A DNA stretch of 64,000 bases, from NCBI GenBank assembly GCA_965285935.1, contig OZ260665.1:26660001-26724000 (forward strand), given 5' to 3'. The stretch is from Ophelia neglecta (lineage: Eukaryota). The notes beneath the pieces were generated by a model. It did no database searches, was not told the DNA's origin, and was given only the letters and a program-made list of their open reading frames with translations. Shown one piece after another: positions 12,331 through 27,039 of this stretch. Position 1 is the first letter of the stretch, and each line of letters opens with the position of its first letter. A program made the translations under genes and the position numbers.

Positions 12331-13929
12331 CCTTTTTATAGCAATAAGTCGTCCCACTAAATCTCTTTATGTAACGGAAAGAATGCCTTAAACGACTTTT
12401 GGTTCTGATTACGCAGAACTAAGCAATGTTTTCATTAGCTTTGGCTGCTTAGTGGTGCTCTTAATCTTCATCGCGCCCTCTCGTCTTTACAGTGCTTTTA
12501 AAAGCTAAACTCGGATTTTCGACGTTAATGGGACCCCATCGACCCCAATCAACATCTAATGCTACGCATGGGTTGGGAGAAAGCTCCACAATGAAATGCG
12601 TAAATATAGGATGACTAATACTCCTGGAAGCCTTGAAACGCACCGGTGTAGTCTGTAGAATGCTGACATATATTTACATGGTGATAATTTTTTTCACCAC
12701 TGATAGGGTATTCCAACGTTTAATTTGTGGTGAATTGTGGTATTTTTGTTTTTTAAAAGAACCTGTCCATTTCGCATTTCCAATTAATGTAAGATAAGGT
12801 CTGTCCTATACAATCGTGTCATTTCGGAATTCTCCAATTGCAACCTTGATCCAATGCTTGCCCTGATACCGATTCTTTACCGATTAGTTTTGCAGCTAAT
12901 GCTTTCGGTAGTCTCAATATTTTGTCTCAAGATGCCAATCATGAGCAACTGAACGCGCCTTAAGAACTAATTGCAAATAGGATTGGCAACATTCTTCATC
13001 ATATTCACTACATATTCTTTATGTCAACTACATCTCGCTTGGCGCTTTGCAGATGTAGGATGCATAATTATACATAGAAGGCTGCTTTAGTTTGGTAACA
13101 GTGCTTAGCTTTTAATGACCGGATGGGATTGACAATGGGTAGATAAATTCCTATTGCCTAGAATATAATTCTAACCATTGTTGACAAAATGGTTTCGGTA
13201 ACATCGCGCTGGTTGCAGGGCAACATCGGAAGTATCAAAAATTCCACAGGCAGTTCCTACATTTGTTCATATTCTCTCTGAACTATCTAATTAGCTAAAT
13301 ATAAAAGCTATCTTGGACATGATCAAACAGTTATCTAACATTTTCATATAGTTACCATGGCAAGGCACGCATAGAAAAACTGTATTGCCAAATATAGCAT
13401 GGAAGTGTGAAATATTCTAATTTGGAAGAAATTGTAAAGCATTGAAGGTAAGATTGGTGACAAGATATAAAACAATCTGGCAATATGCTTTTACGGTGGC
13501 AATATCAGTCTGGTCAGTGTAATTACGCAAACGAACAAAGGGCATGTGCATATCGTCGTGTATTTAGAACCAAAACGTATGTATAGTGTTTAAAAGAGTT
13601 AGTGATACCGATGTTTATTTGGCTTCAAAACTAGTCCCATCTGGAGTCCAATAGGACTCATTAAGAACGTGCAATGTAAATATTGATTTTTTGAATTTTG
13701 CACTTAAGATCAAAATTACCATAAAAACATATTGCATAAAAATTTGAGTGTAACATCAACTGGATGATATAATAGCATTAATTGCCCAGCTAATAAACAT
13801 TATGTACTGGAAGTTGTTTGAAATAACAAGAAGTGTAGCCAGTTGCCAGATAGGCCTACTGGACAAAGATTGCGAGAGACGTATTTCAAAGGACGCAAAG
13901 TTTTTTTCTACAGTTCAAATTAATAAACA

Positions 13930-14170
13930 ATGAACTCACATCAAACAAATCGATGTGCATGTGTAATATCAAGCAAAGAATCAGATGTTAATAAAAGTCA
14001 GATATATAAGCGTAATCCGGTATACAAGGATTTTATACGGATCTATGCACTTTGTCGACCTAATAGTAAGCGACAATTCATGAGAGGTTATTTTCGAGTC
14101 CATCGGATCACTAATTATATTAGACACTGCTCTGTAGCTATGAACATTCACGTGCGATAACTCCTCCTTT
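13930..14170 (+). mobile_element. Decayed L2-like endonuclease fragment
   Basis: ORF 13930: ALCRPNSKRQF...F...VAMNIHV followed by DNS, matching IYRPP...F...GDFNIHVD. Confidence 0.45.
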
Positions 14171-15479
14171 TGATCACGCAAATACAACATCTACTATATG
14201 TACTTCAGAATCAATGATCTGTTCATATTCTATGCTGCTCACTGGCGCAATAACTAACAAGATTGAAATTACACGATATAAGCCTCATCAACACTTTTAG
14301 GCAAATTTAGAGCAGATATCCAAAGAAAACCGTTCAGGCATAACCTTCATTTGCTTTGTTAGACACGACATCAAGTATGGCTCTAATGTATAGGAGTTTG
14401 ATCGATGAGACAGTCCTGCGTCCGGCATAAATATCTACACGACTAATCAATACTATTCTTTGTTAACTACCGGTCTTATATAAAATGCTTCTGGAGGTAA
14501 TGCCGGTGTCGATTGCGGGGAAATGGTCTCCAATTATTGTTCATACTGTGCAGGCCCTTTGTATTTATCCAGACAAAAGCTTATATAACTGACCTTTTTT
14601 AGGAGCGATTATATGATATTGCAATTGTAGAAACTGCAAACGTGATGCCATAGATAAATTAATAATATATTTCTTAAAGTGCCTGACTTGAATACTTTCT
14701 GTTGTCAAAGACTTTTAAAACTATATTTGTAATTATATGAGCGCTACATGAATGTAATTCAGCAGTCAGGAAAATAACCCAAAAGAACCCTTTTATATCC
14801 GCAAAAACAGAAAAGATTTCATATGAATTTAATAGTTTTCGAGAAATTTCGGGTACTATTTCTTTGAAATAGATGGCAACCCCTTCACTTGTAAACGAAG
14901 GGAATTCACCAAAACCTCTTATGATTATTTATAACCAGCACGTGCTGCAAATTGGAAGCATTCATTTCCGACGCACGCATGTGATTGAACATTATTGTTC
15001 TTTCATTTTTTCATAAAATGGGAGATTCTTTTCTCAACAGTTCATCCAATAACCTGTTTTGGCAAGCCCACATAAATTCGTCTTATATGCCACGAGAAGC
15101 AGTCATATAGGCAGTCAAACATTGCTTCGCCTTTTACGAATGTGCTACCCTTGTTGTTCCCCGCTAATATCCTGTTTTTTTTCCACATGCGCCATTAAAG
15201 CTCGTCAGAACTTCCCAATTTCATCTGGGATTATTTTTCTTCGATTGTTTGATACGGATTTTACACATGTTGATTTAATGTCGATATTTGTCAGATGTTA
15301 TAATTCCCAGTAAACACGTTAGCGCCAAATTAGGTGCCTTGGGGCTCTGACGTCTGTCCGCGGATGGCACCGGCTAAACTTTTCGTCAACTGCCATGTCA
15401 TATTCGGCTACTTAAGTGATCCTGCGCAAGCACTCATAGATACAGCGAAATTTAGGCCAGTGCAAGGCAAGTTTCTGTT

Positions 15480-15930
15480 GAACCATTGTGTCACATTATG
15501 GATTTATCTTTAAAACACGGTATTGTACTGCAGGAACTTAAGGTGGCTTATTCCACTTTTCAAGTCAGGAAGCCCAACTGAGTTTAAACATTATAGACCG
15601 GTTTCTATATTGGCACTTTTCTCCAAGATTTATCAACGAATTGTGTACATTGCAATTGGATATACGATTACAAAAACGTAAAAAATATAATATTTAAATT
15701 TCAATTTTGATTTAAGAAAGGGTATTCCATTAAAATCGTACTAAGTACACTAGTTATTAAGATAACTAAGACTCTAGATAAAGGTTAGCATGTCTTAGGA
15801 GTTTTTTTTCTGGATTTTGCTAAGGTGCTCGATGCGATGGACCACAATTGAATATGCTTCTATGAAAGTTACAATAATATGAAATACCCCACAATGAGTT
15901 GCAGTGGTTGCATAAGTTAATTAGCTAATA
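15480..15930 (+). mobile_element. CR1-group LINE reverse transcriptase remnant (pseudogenised)
   Basis: EPLCHIMDLSLKHGIVLQELKVA, IPLFKSG..HYRPVSILALFSKIY, LDKG*HVLGVF/LDFAKVLDAMDH, LQWL: canonical RT N-terminal motifs with stops and frameshifts. Confidence 0.9.
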
Positions 15931-16594
15931 TATTAAAGTTGTTAAATATAATTTTAATCAACAAATAAATATTACTTAGTGGCTTGCATCGGAAGGTCTG
16001 GACACAAGGTCGGAGCGCTTTTCAAAAGCAGGCAGCAGGAAGAATATCGCGGGAGGAATATATCCTTATATTATTTGGCCTGATGTTTGTTGTACAATCT
16101 TGCGTTACATAGCTACACAGCCTTATACCTTGCCATGCCCCCATCCGATTCTACCATTGTTATTCGAAATATCCACCACCACCGTCATTTTTGTAAATGT
16201 TTTGCCGTATTAAGATTGACGTAGTACATGTATTTCCGACAGGTTAATCTCGGAACATTTTAATCCTAACATTATATTGTATATGTCATGGGTACGGTAG
16301 CGTACCAGATACAGCCATTAAATGTAAAAAAGATGAAACATTCAACGTTAAAATCATCGATTAGTTTTCCCGAAAATCGCGCTTTATAATAAAATGTAGG
16401 GCTGCTTGAGGGTTGGTTGTAACCATTCCAACCCCGCTCACCCTCCCTCCGCATAATTTGGTTAAAGAATGTGTTTAGTTTATTATTATAATTTATCTCC
16501 CATATAAAACGCACAGTATAAGCAACATGCCCATACGATACAAGCAATGCTCCATTCACAGTAAAAAAAAATGTTATTTTTTTCCGGTATATTA

Positions 16595-16900
16595 GTATAG
16601 AGGTCACAAACTACGACATTCGGTCATTTATGGTGGATTATTTAAACACACCAGTCTATATCCAATTTTTTGTTGACTTTTCAAGTGTTTAAACTAACCT
16701 ATATTGTTTTGTTTATTCCACGACGTTCTTTGTTAAAAACTACACATACCAGTATACCCATTTTATCAGTTAGGAAGATTTCCATACATGACCAAGTTAC
16801 ATATAAATGCTGTTTAGCCTGAGCTAGCTTGCTTACCGACTTACTCGCATACCCATTGCTTTCTTCATTCCCTACCAACATCCTTAGGCCAAATAGACTC
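16595..16900 (-). mobile_element. Decayed CR1-group endonuclease fragment
   Basis: SCMEIFLTDKMGILVCVVFN then CDLYTN resemble WIEI.L..ILVG..YRP and GDLN.N. Confidence 0.33.
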
Positions 16901-17219
16901 AATGCTGAAATTCTTGGCTAACTTGACCTTAGTTACTTGACTATGTTCTAAATGCACCTGCCGCAAACTTCCACAACCGTGACTTCCTGCCAGACTCATT
17001 TCCTATTTCCCTGTCAGGAAACAAGTTGGGGACGGCAAATCAGCTGCCTTACAAATGAAATGATATTTTTTTGTTATAACTATTTCATTAATCTGGCTGG
17101 AGACATTTTTACTATTAATTGTGTATTAATGGTTAAAAACATAATTCTCTAAAGCGATGTACCATTTAGCGTTTAGTCTATAATATTCCAAAGGTGGTTC
17201 CACTAATATAGTCAGCTAA

Positions 17220-17320
17220 TGCGGAACCTCCTAGGATCACCAACAATAATGTATATCACTATATTGTGAATATTCCGTAGAGAACGAAACTATGTCGGCT
17301 GACGAGGTTTTCTCTTAAGG
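17220..17320 (+). mobile_element. Possible decayed RT core (ADD motif)
   Basis: CGTS*D..SLY..ETMSADEVF has the spacing of GVPQGS..LY..LFADD. Confidence 0.28.
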
Positions 17321-18759
17321 ATAAAATATACTTTCTAAGTTCTAAACATTCAAATGTGTTTACACAGGAGGTAATATGCCCACTTCATTTTAAATCTGTC
17401 GAAAGAAAGGCTTCTTGGCCAGGTTACCCTTGACAAGAATGATACACTGCACTCTAAAACTGGTTTCTCTGACAGGAACCATTCTAAGCCAAACCATGTG
17501 AGTTTGAAAGGCTAAAGCCCGAACTGGACGCAAATTGGATAGTGAATTGTATAATTAGCTTTCTTGTTTTTTTCTTCTTCAATTATTTGCGCCAGATAGG
17601 GGGCCAGTGTATACTGATTAATTTATGGAAAACAAAACACTCTGAGCTTCCTTTAGTTAAACAACTGTTACAATAATGTAAAGTGTATACACGTATTTAA
17701 GACCATGGCTATTGGCAAGATATATTCCGAGTAGTGCTAACTCATAGATTCCATGATGCTTTCACGTACGAAAATGCACATGAGCACACGTTCCTTGCAT
17801 TCGTCAGAATAAAATGTTCCTAAATCTGAGATTGGTCGGTAATGAAATGTTTTTAATGAAACGATTACATTTGTATACATTTCATATAATTGCTGCACCT
17901 CTGATTTCTTTGGGAACAGAGCAATAATGAATTAGAAACATTTCTGTTGATTGAGTTCAACTGGAATGTTTCTAATTTACACTATCTCTACCCCCGTTCA
18001 ATCAACAAAAAGCAGCGAATCTTTTGACGTGGGTATCCTCCAGGAAGTCATCAAGACACCATGCAGACGGCGATCCAATTATATAACCTCTCTCGTAAGG
18101 CCATTCTGTACATTCTATTTATAGTATTGTTCTACTGTTATCAGGGATTCGCAGCGGGTACAAAAAACACTGTCTTATACTTCTCTATTTGAAATGTTGA
18201 CTAAAAACCTGCCGCAGAAAAATAAGCAGTTACAGGAATAGTGCAAACGATTGCTGCATAAGGCTTAGTAGCATAATTGGACAAACAGAATGTTATGAAT
18301 TAGTTTACTTCAAACATATGCATTCATACGACATTTGTCGTATATCTTAATACTATGCAAATAATTTTTTGCATATTAACAATATTTTGCTATATTTCTT
18401 AAATTTCCAACTTGAATCTTACGTTTTCCGGGGATTTATTCGTTACCATGGTTGTTGCAGACAGAATGTTCTCCTGAAAAGGTATGATTTGTTATTATTG
18501 CCAACACTGCGGGACGCGATCAGGACAAGTTCAAATCTGATTCATTGACTTAACATTTCAGACCTTCGTTCTGGTAAGGCTATACTTGATGGTTATTTTT
18601 TGTGTGATTTTTGTGTTATTCACCTACAGTAAAATATGTAAGGCTACATGACGGCACGTCATAAAAGCAACAGAATGATATATCCACTCGAATCCTTCTG
18701 TGCATGAGTGTGAGACTACTCGTTTGATATGCATGTTAACCACTTCTTTCGCTCTTTAG

Positions 18760-19105
18760 GTATCTCTTATTTTCCGACGCCAAAGCAAAGGGCCTCGAGC
18801 CATTAAACATATCACCAAGTGTTGCTTGTAGATAGTCCTAGTCGTGCGTTCCATCAGGAAACAACAAGTGCCTAAAGGGGCAATGGGCGTCTCAAGAATA
18901 GAAGGATCAGATATATCTAAACCAAACACACTCAAAGTACATCAAATGATCTTTGTTATGTTAGATACATAGTGATTATACAACACTGTAGAATGCATGT
19001 ATTAATCGTATTCCGGGATAAATTTATTGACAATGTTCCATCCTATCTATGTATATATATATACATATATATATGCTTGGATCTTGTCTAGACAATTCGC
19101 TTCAT
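18760..19105 (+). mobile_element. Decayed L2-like RT/thumb fragment
   Basis: YLLFSDAK, SDISKPNTLKVH, LGSCLDNSL in the order YADD, DI..W..N.LKLN, LGV.LD..L; interrupted by a (TA)n tract at 19048-19074. Confidence 0.35.
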
Positions 19106-19854
19106 TACCTTCGTTCCATTACACCGACAAATAATTCTCATACCGATAAGTGCCTTTCAGCGCCGACCGCTTCCACGGGACCCTGTTTTAACCATGGCTA
19201 TCCTTCTTCTTTTCAGCATCAGGTGCTTAAAAATCATTAACTTGGAAAATGACCGCACAGCACCAATTCTTTAACGTGGTAGAAAAGGGAAGTGGCATGC
19301 ACACAACAAAGTTACTTGACCTTTTTGTTTTACTCTCGTTCGGCGAACATGGCAATCTCATTATGGCGATGAGCGCAACAAATAATCAAGTGACATTTGT
19401 ATAGTATAGATATAAATTCCGAAAACCGGTTTAAGGTTTATTGAGACCCTGAGTGGAAGGTCTCCCCCGGACTAGATTAACTAAACTTAATGCAAATCTG
19501 GGAATCTCCCGGTTTTGAGACCTTACTTTTTAAGTTCGGCTTTCTAGCAAATTTGTTATATTTGGGATCCGTTCTTGAAATCCTGGTTTATCACGTACGC
19601 CCAAAATCCTGGTATGTTTTGACCCCACAGTTTTATTACTCCAGGGTTTCGAGTCCGAGGGACTTAACGGCCGGGGTACCAAATAATTTATACACCGGTA
19701 TGTTTCTGTAGTATGTCAACGGCAATCCCCTCACCTTTCTCCGAGGATTACCAATGACTCGAGTCTCTATATGTTTGAGGTATATATGTACGGGATAACC
19801 TCTCGTGACTCTTGTATACAAAGTACAAGCCCAAACCTTTGTGCATATTGACTG

Positions 19855-20170
19855 AATACATGGCCTACGTTTTACTCAGTACGGTTCAGGTTATGAAAGT
19901 TTCATATAAAAGTTTATCAGGGATGCCAAAGGGATGTTTCGTGTTGGCTTTTTACATTTCAATTTCAATAATCAAAGTAGCAACTCCTCCCAGAGTTTTG
20001 AGATTCATCTCTGCAAAAGCATTCAGAAGAGGCCATGACATATGTCTCCACAATACAATGACCCCAATATTTGAAAAATCATCCAATCGAAAACAAGGAA
20101 ACACATTTGACATAGATCTATTTTGTATAGTCGTGCTGAGACTAAGTTCTGATTTTCAACATAGGTTTAC
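19855..20170 (+). mobile_element. Decayed CR1-group RT fragment
   Basis: ORF 19812: SGMPKGCFVLAFYISISI and FDIDLFCI resemble SGVPQGSVLGPLLF.IYI and LQ.DL..I. Confidence 0.4.
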
Positions 20171-20937
20171 AGTGCACAATAGGTATGACAATTCTTTTCA
20201 CCGCTAAAATAAACCATTATACGGACAAAATAATCTGCTTATAAATATAAAGTTTAAACGGGCTAAACCCATTCGTTCGTGAGTAGTACCCAATTTTAGA
20301 TGAATTTCGGGGTATAAAATGACATATATTTAAACTTTATTCGCAGCTTTCGCGGTCGCCTAATATCTAAGTCTATCAATTCAGGAGACATATTTCAGAG
20401 TCTCACCAGAGAGTAATATTTGAGTGAGTGACCGCTTAATGCAGGACATCTATACTACTTTCCTCTGCTTTCTTGTTGTTGTTGGATTTATTATTGTCGT
20501 TAGGTGTGTTTTCAGTGCCATTTTCCGGCATAAATCTCGAGTACAGTGGTTGTTACGTTGAGAATGGACTGTAACGTGCGGACCGTTGTTGGATTGGTCA
20601 CCGTGTGTGCTTATATGGGAAGCATTGCATTCTAATGAAACTAGTTAAGAGTAACTCATAGATTAGGAAAAAGTATGAAACCTATTACTATTTTTAACTC
20701 CTTCATCAGCAAAAAAAAGCAATGCTCGCTGTTATCGAGTAAATGTGCTAATTAAATGCGTAGAACAAGTGTTTAAAAGCCAGCAGCATTATGATCGTTT
20801 GTAGCACATTATATCATTCGGACCAATGACATCTCATCTATCTAGTTCATTCACCAGATCATAGGTGACTTCATGAACGTATTAACCTTCCTAGTTTATC
20901 TGAGTACATTAAACGATTCGCAACTGTATAATGTAAT

Positions 20938-21180
20938 GGAACTATTATGTCCAACGAGCTATTGTTTGACATTACAATGACACTCGTGATCCGTACGGGT
21001 CATGCCAGCAACATATAATGAGCTGTACGGTATCATCGAAGGTTATTATTAGCGTTTGACGCCCACCAGCAGCCTGAAATATGACGTTTTAAATCAAATT
21101 AGGCAGGAGCTATTGCTACTTATTGAGACAGATAGTGTGGCGTTAAATAACACACGGGAGCGTTTGCAAAAAAATAAGGT
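20938..21180 (+). mobile_element. Decayed L2-like post-RT fragment
   Basis: GTIMSNELLFD, GRSYCYLL, ERLQKN match GV..D..L.F, SRLDYCNSLL, RLQ..QN. Confidence 0.45.
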
Positions 21181-21719
21181 AAGCTAGTCAATCTCCTGCC
21201 TGCAGTAGCACACATCTAACGATAGTACACCTGTCAAATACCTTACCCAAATGCAAGGCACCATGTTTCGTGTCACAAATCAGCAAAGGATGTTCCTTAA
21301 GATTTCATGGGGGCGGTTGTTTTTAGTTTGCAAAAATAAGACCCAATAGCATAAATAACCAACAAAAACATTCCTAGTTATCGCAAAAGGGCTCTATGTT
21401 TGTTCTGCAAACACATATATAAATGAGAATGTGTGTTGCCATGCGATTTAGAATGGATCAGTTAAGCAGGATGTTATTGCTTTTTATGATTGTCCGCAGC
21501 CGTTGTTCACATCTGCTTAATCATTAATATAACCTCTGAATAGAATACATCATACGATGATAAGTGCAGGATAATACATTGTGTACGTTAGGAAATGCTT
21601 ACAATTTTTGTTGGAAAGCAAACGCGCCCATTATATTAGCGGATTAACTGCTTTCGTCTGATTGAACATGACTGAGTATAGATTCTAAAGCGTGTAATCG
21701 GCGATGCCTCATTGCCGAG

Positions 21720-22000
21720 TTTCTCGTTCTACATCTGCCTGCAATGGACAGATTCTAGAAAGGTTTCATATACGAATCAGACATATAAATTCCTGTCTTT
21801 TAGTTTATCCTTGTTGTGTTTGATTCGAGGAAGCCAAGTAAGCTATTACACGGGATAACACTCCACAATGGCTGAATGTGAACATCACGCAAACCGGGCA
21901 GGCATGGAATATCTATTTTGGTCGCTTTTAGTGGAGATGATATCATGGGAGTTTCCGTACAATCAATCCAGCAATTCTGATAAAACATGAGCAGAACTAG
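21720..22000 (-). mobile_element. Decayed L2-like post-RT fragment
   Basis: ORF 21800: MFYQ and SVIPCNSLLGFLESNTTRI match FYQLR and SRLDYCNSLL.GL...I.RL. Confidence 0.4.
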
Positions 22001-25000
22001 TTCATATAGCTGGAGGAGCGAGGAGGATCTCAGTGAACTCACATGATGAGTCGTTTTTCATTAGTTACAAATCGTTAGGATAACTTGCTTTTCGAACTTA
22101 TGAAGGAATCCGACATGAAAAGAAGGCGCAACACGGCCCTGTGTTCGCATCAGAAACAATACCAATAGTAGCCATGTGTCGTGTATTCGGAAAAGACAAT
22201 GCATGAAATAAAAGACATAGGCCTAATATAAACACTATTACCGTATCCGGCAGATCCGTTCAAGACCGAGTTTATTAATACGAATAATTTCATCAACACA
22301 ATGAGTTATTTCTTAACTTACATTTCCACTAACACAACGAGGCAAGTTGTTTCACAAAGGTTGCGTTCAAGCGATGGTCCAGAAGGCGATTCAAAATTAG
22401 ATGCGAACAACAGGCGTAATATAGTAATTCACAAACAGAGCTCCTCCCTCCTCTCTCTCCCTCTCTCTCTACATAGTCGCTAACATAGACGAAAAGATAA
22501 CACCAGCACTGGAATAGATAGCTACATTTTCTGCTACATTTCACTATGCCAAGATGCATAGCGACGGTTTGTCAATGACCACAGTAGCAATGAATATTTG
22601 ATCAATTACATTTGGCTCGAATTGGAATAGACTGTTCATATTTGACACTTATTGAACAAGGGCATTTGCCTTGCAGCTAGCGGAGCGGCTAGCCAATCGA
22701 TTTGGCCATTGCTTATTGGAGGCAGTAACCTGTTCAAGCTGATAGATACAGCTATGTATATTCGGTTTGCCACGAATATTGATGTTTTCATCGATTTTAT
22801 TGAATTCAATTCGCGCTGTACGGGAAGGAGGGATATATATTTTTTCATCATGTGTTCCTCTCACACACGGGGCAAATCGATTAATCATTCTGGCCCAGAC
22901 TTAACCAAATCTGCTGCTTTCGCGATATCATCAATGACCAATTGGGATGTCTAATATAATTGACTGATGAAGTAACCCCGTCAACCTACCAATCACCAAA
23001 GGATGACAAATAGTTTGTATTAAGCTCAAGATTCTATAGCAATGCAAAGGTCTAGCGCGATCAATCCACAATGGGCTGACAGGAAAACTGTTAAAAATGT
23101 TCTATATTATCACCAACACCGAATCAGTCGCCAATTTAAGAATTTGGCATTAGCATATTCTAATAATTATATTCACTAACCTCATTTCCGCCCGTTTGGC
23201 CCTAAATAGTCCAGTTCATTTCGAGTATCCTTAAATATAAGGGTCCGGCCATTTGCAAGTAAGTTGTAGTGATGTTTAATTTCGTAATACACATGGTCAT
23301 TAGAACATAATCAAACGGTTACGTAATATTTTATTTTGGAAGAAATGCACCTAAAACACAAACGTAACTCTCCTGGCCAATACGAATATAGTTTATTTTG
23401 AAGTGATTGATATAAGTTCAATTAAACAGTAACTCAAGAACGAACGAGGACACCTGGTCATTCTTATACAGTCTGAGCTTGACCCATGACCATTTTTACA
23501 AAGATCATTGTTTACCATGGTCACTGTTGGATAAAGATATATTCATTGTGACTATTTGGTATTGACGTTTATAAAACACTGAACCGTATTGTGCAAACAT
23601 AAAATACCCCGAAAAAACTAATCGTTGTACGTATTAGCAATTATATAACATTCTTAGCATTCATTCTTCTACACTACGATAGGAAATAATAGTTATAAGA
23701 GTCGTTGACTGTTTGATACTGCAGTCTGTAAAACGTTTCCAGCTTTTGTAGAGTTGGTTTCTTATTCTAATCAAATTTTTAATTTATTCAAGTACAGTAA
23801 CTTCATTTACATTTGATATATAGCCGCCATCAATCTTTGGTACTCACCCTATGTCACAAGATCGGATAGAAAGTCAATAACCAACGCTAGGTTCGATTTT
23901 TCTATCCAATAAAAGGAAGAGAAATATTACCAATCTGACATCAATTCATATAGCTAGAAACATTTGAAACGCCTCAACTCGGAAAAAATCCTAGCAATTT
24001 GAATTCGTTTCAGTCTGGTAAGTTTCTATTTTTAATTAATATATAAACGGTTCGCCGATGAAGCATCTCACATTTGATAGTGTTTTTAAACAATATGTCA
24101 TTTAGAAATAGCAATATAGATATTATCCTGGATATTTGTCTATTCAATTAAATGTGCAAACTGAAATGATAAAATGGTTTTAAAAAAATCTGTTTGACAC
24201 ACATTTGTTTAGATGCTCTCTTGCATAGTTCTTTAAAGTCCATCGTTGCATCATATGTCCTCGCGGTATAATTAATAGAAAATATAATCAATGGGAGTGT
24301 AACCTGGCAGACCGAATCATTAATCACGATTTGCCGATAAATCGGTGCGTCATCATCATAAACAACCGATCACAGACCAGTTCTGGAAGAGTATTGAACG
24401 GGATCGGACCAGAGTTTTTGTTTATGATTTAACAAAACACTTTAGAATAAAAGTAAGCAAGAAGTTGTTTTCCAGTGACTTTGACATTGTTATCTTTCTC
24501 ATATAGTCATTTAGATGTTTTTGTCTTACGTTTGGTCAAAATAAACCTCAAATGATTGTCAGAATTACATATAAGATTAAGAATTAATTTCTCACAAAAG
24601 ATTCACCTGCAGCTGCTGATTCACCATGCAGGTGTGATTACCTTTATTTTGCAAAGTGCAGTTGAACAAAAAATCTGCGTCTCACAAAATTGTATGCATA
24701 TATTTTCTTGGGGCAACTAAGCCTTTGTCACCGAGAAACAGTAACTAATATCGAATAAAGAAACAGAACTAAATTGACTAAATAGAACAGTATTCTCTTC
24801 ACACAATATATGTAGGGTGTACATCCCGGTTTGTCGCTCCATTATAGTTTTTTAACAATTATTGTTATTTAAGGACAAGAGTCAGAATCAAGAACATTAA
24901 ATCCAATCGGTTCGATATATTTAAAGACTTTACAATCATTCTTTATCTAATTTCGCTTTCAAATAGTATACTTCCTAATTCTTGCTGTCAATATTCGTCG

Positions 25001-25419
25001 ATTCCCAACTTACATGTTGTATACGGTAAGACTTGTGGCCTTTGTAAGATCTTGTTGTTTTTGCCCTGATATTAACAGTTGTTTTATAGATCTCGTCTCC
25101 AAATTACTGAGCAATGATTATGAAGTTTAAAGTGTAAATTTTCCAATTGAAGACGAACATTATACCACGTTTGTTGTAATACTCGGTGAGGGCGTTTCAG
25201 CATATTTTATAAGGATTTTTATAGCATGCATGTCTTATTAGGCCTTCAATGTGTTTTAATATGCCACAACTGTCAACCATATTAACCAAGATAATCTACG
25301 GATTGGTTGCTAATAAAAGAGCTTTCAAATAATTGTAACAGATGCATTTTTTAATAGGTATAATGAATTTTATCAGGCTTATTGATAGTCAATATAAAAT
25401 TGAGGCTTCTCTTTTAGAA

Positions 25420-26390
25420 TGTTCGTCTTCTGCGTACTGATGTAATATTTAATGTTCTAGATGAACTTATTCAATCATATATATAATAAAGGAATGACTG
25501 GTTCACTTTGCACATCTAACATTATGGAGATATGACATCATTTACACATAGAATGCAATGAATTCCAACATTCTTCTTTGTTCATCAGTCTTTTGAGATC
25601 AATACATCCATAGTCTCACAAATACGATGGAAGTTGCTTCATCATAGACTCCCTGGGCAAATTTCATCTTTGTTTTACAATGAACCCTGACTTCGCCTCT
25701 GACTTACCTTGCAGAAAACCATTGACTGCTTCTCATGACAATTTTATTTGCATTATTAATTTATTTTTCAAACTATACTTAGGGAATTTCAAGTCTTACA
25801 GTTTACATTTCCTGAGAATAGAATCCGATTTGATGGACTTTTCCTGATATTTGATTATGATTTTTCAACGGGTATCTTCTCCCGCTTTCTAGAAAAGGAC
25901 TCGTGTATTGATTAGGACAATGAAATACAGAGGAAATCAAACAAAGGGGCATACTGCCTGTGGCTTCTCCCTGGCATCTAATAGCAAAAAGGCCTAAAAT
26001 AGCCAAAGTCATGATTTGATTGATATAGATCCATGGTTCATTATTAATAGAACTCGCACAAAACTAGTTCTACATGACGGATCGAGGCGAAAAGCCTCTT
26101 AAATGTAAGTTTTGTCATCTTGTCTACTAATGCGCCAAGCAAACACCATTTTTTCATCCAGTTAATATTCTCAACTAGCATACTTAACATTATGTGATCC
26201 AAATTGCGATGGGGATTACATGTTTACAATTATTAATATGCACACTTTCGTCCGAGGACAAATCCACAGATCCGTGTGATAAATATGAATAGACTGGCAT
26301 TTCTGCTGATGGCATTGGCGGGTCAAAAAATTATTACATAGGCATGATATCAATGCAATACAGACATCTGAAACGATAAATCTGCAGTTT
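25420..26390 (-). mobile_element. Decayed CR1-group RT fragment(s)
   Basis: IALISCLCNNFL (ORF 26216), PLCLISSV..LKNHNQI..QIGF (ORF 25803), FAQGVYD, QYAEDE (~25440) follow RT motif order. Confidence 0.45.
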
Positions 26391-27039
26391 GCGCACATAT
26401 AATATAAAAAGTCATGCTACCACTATAAACCTAAAAGAAATGGAAGTATATAAACGGTGGACAATGGAAAGTCATTAGACATGGGGTAATTTTATCATTT
26501 CATGATCTGAAGAACAACACTAGAAGCCGGTTGACGTTTCACATATAAAACTATGCCTCACATTGTTACCCATCTATTCATAATATGCGTTTTAAATGTG
26601 ATACGGCTTACTTCAAATCAGGGTTTATCAACCAATGACTAATTATTCAAACATGATATCGAAATGAAATTTAATTCGTTCCCTAAAGTCTATGGCATCA
26701 CCATGTCCTCAACGACAAAAATGATAATATGCAAAGTATTAAAAACGTAATTATAATAATAACCTAACGGCACATGAACTTTGACTACGAAGAAACACTG
26801 ACTGCAGTAAGATACTTCACTCATGACGTCTCCGGACTGAGTATACACGATCTGTCAAATTGACTATAGAAAGGGATCACCTAGACAGACATTCAAGGTC
26901 AAAGTTTGTCTCCAAAGTCGGACTTATTGCAAATTATGGCCCACCGGGACACAGTGCATTAGATTAGCGGATATCATTTCTCATTGCCGTTTTCACTCGT
27001 GCATGCATATTCCGCTTAGCCAATGTGAACACCAATAAT

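Noticed and set aside
17285-17335. Hammerhead-like words CGAAAC-TAT-GTC and CTGACGA
   Set aside because: No stem I between them; CTGACGA is explained by Ala-Asp-Glu codons of a decayed RT ADD motif
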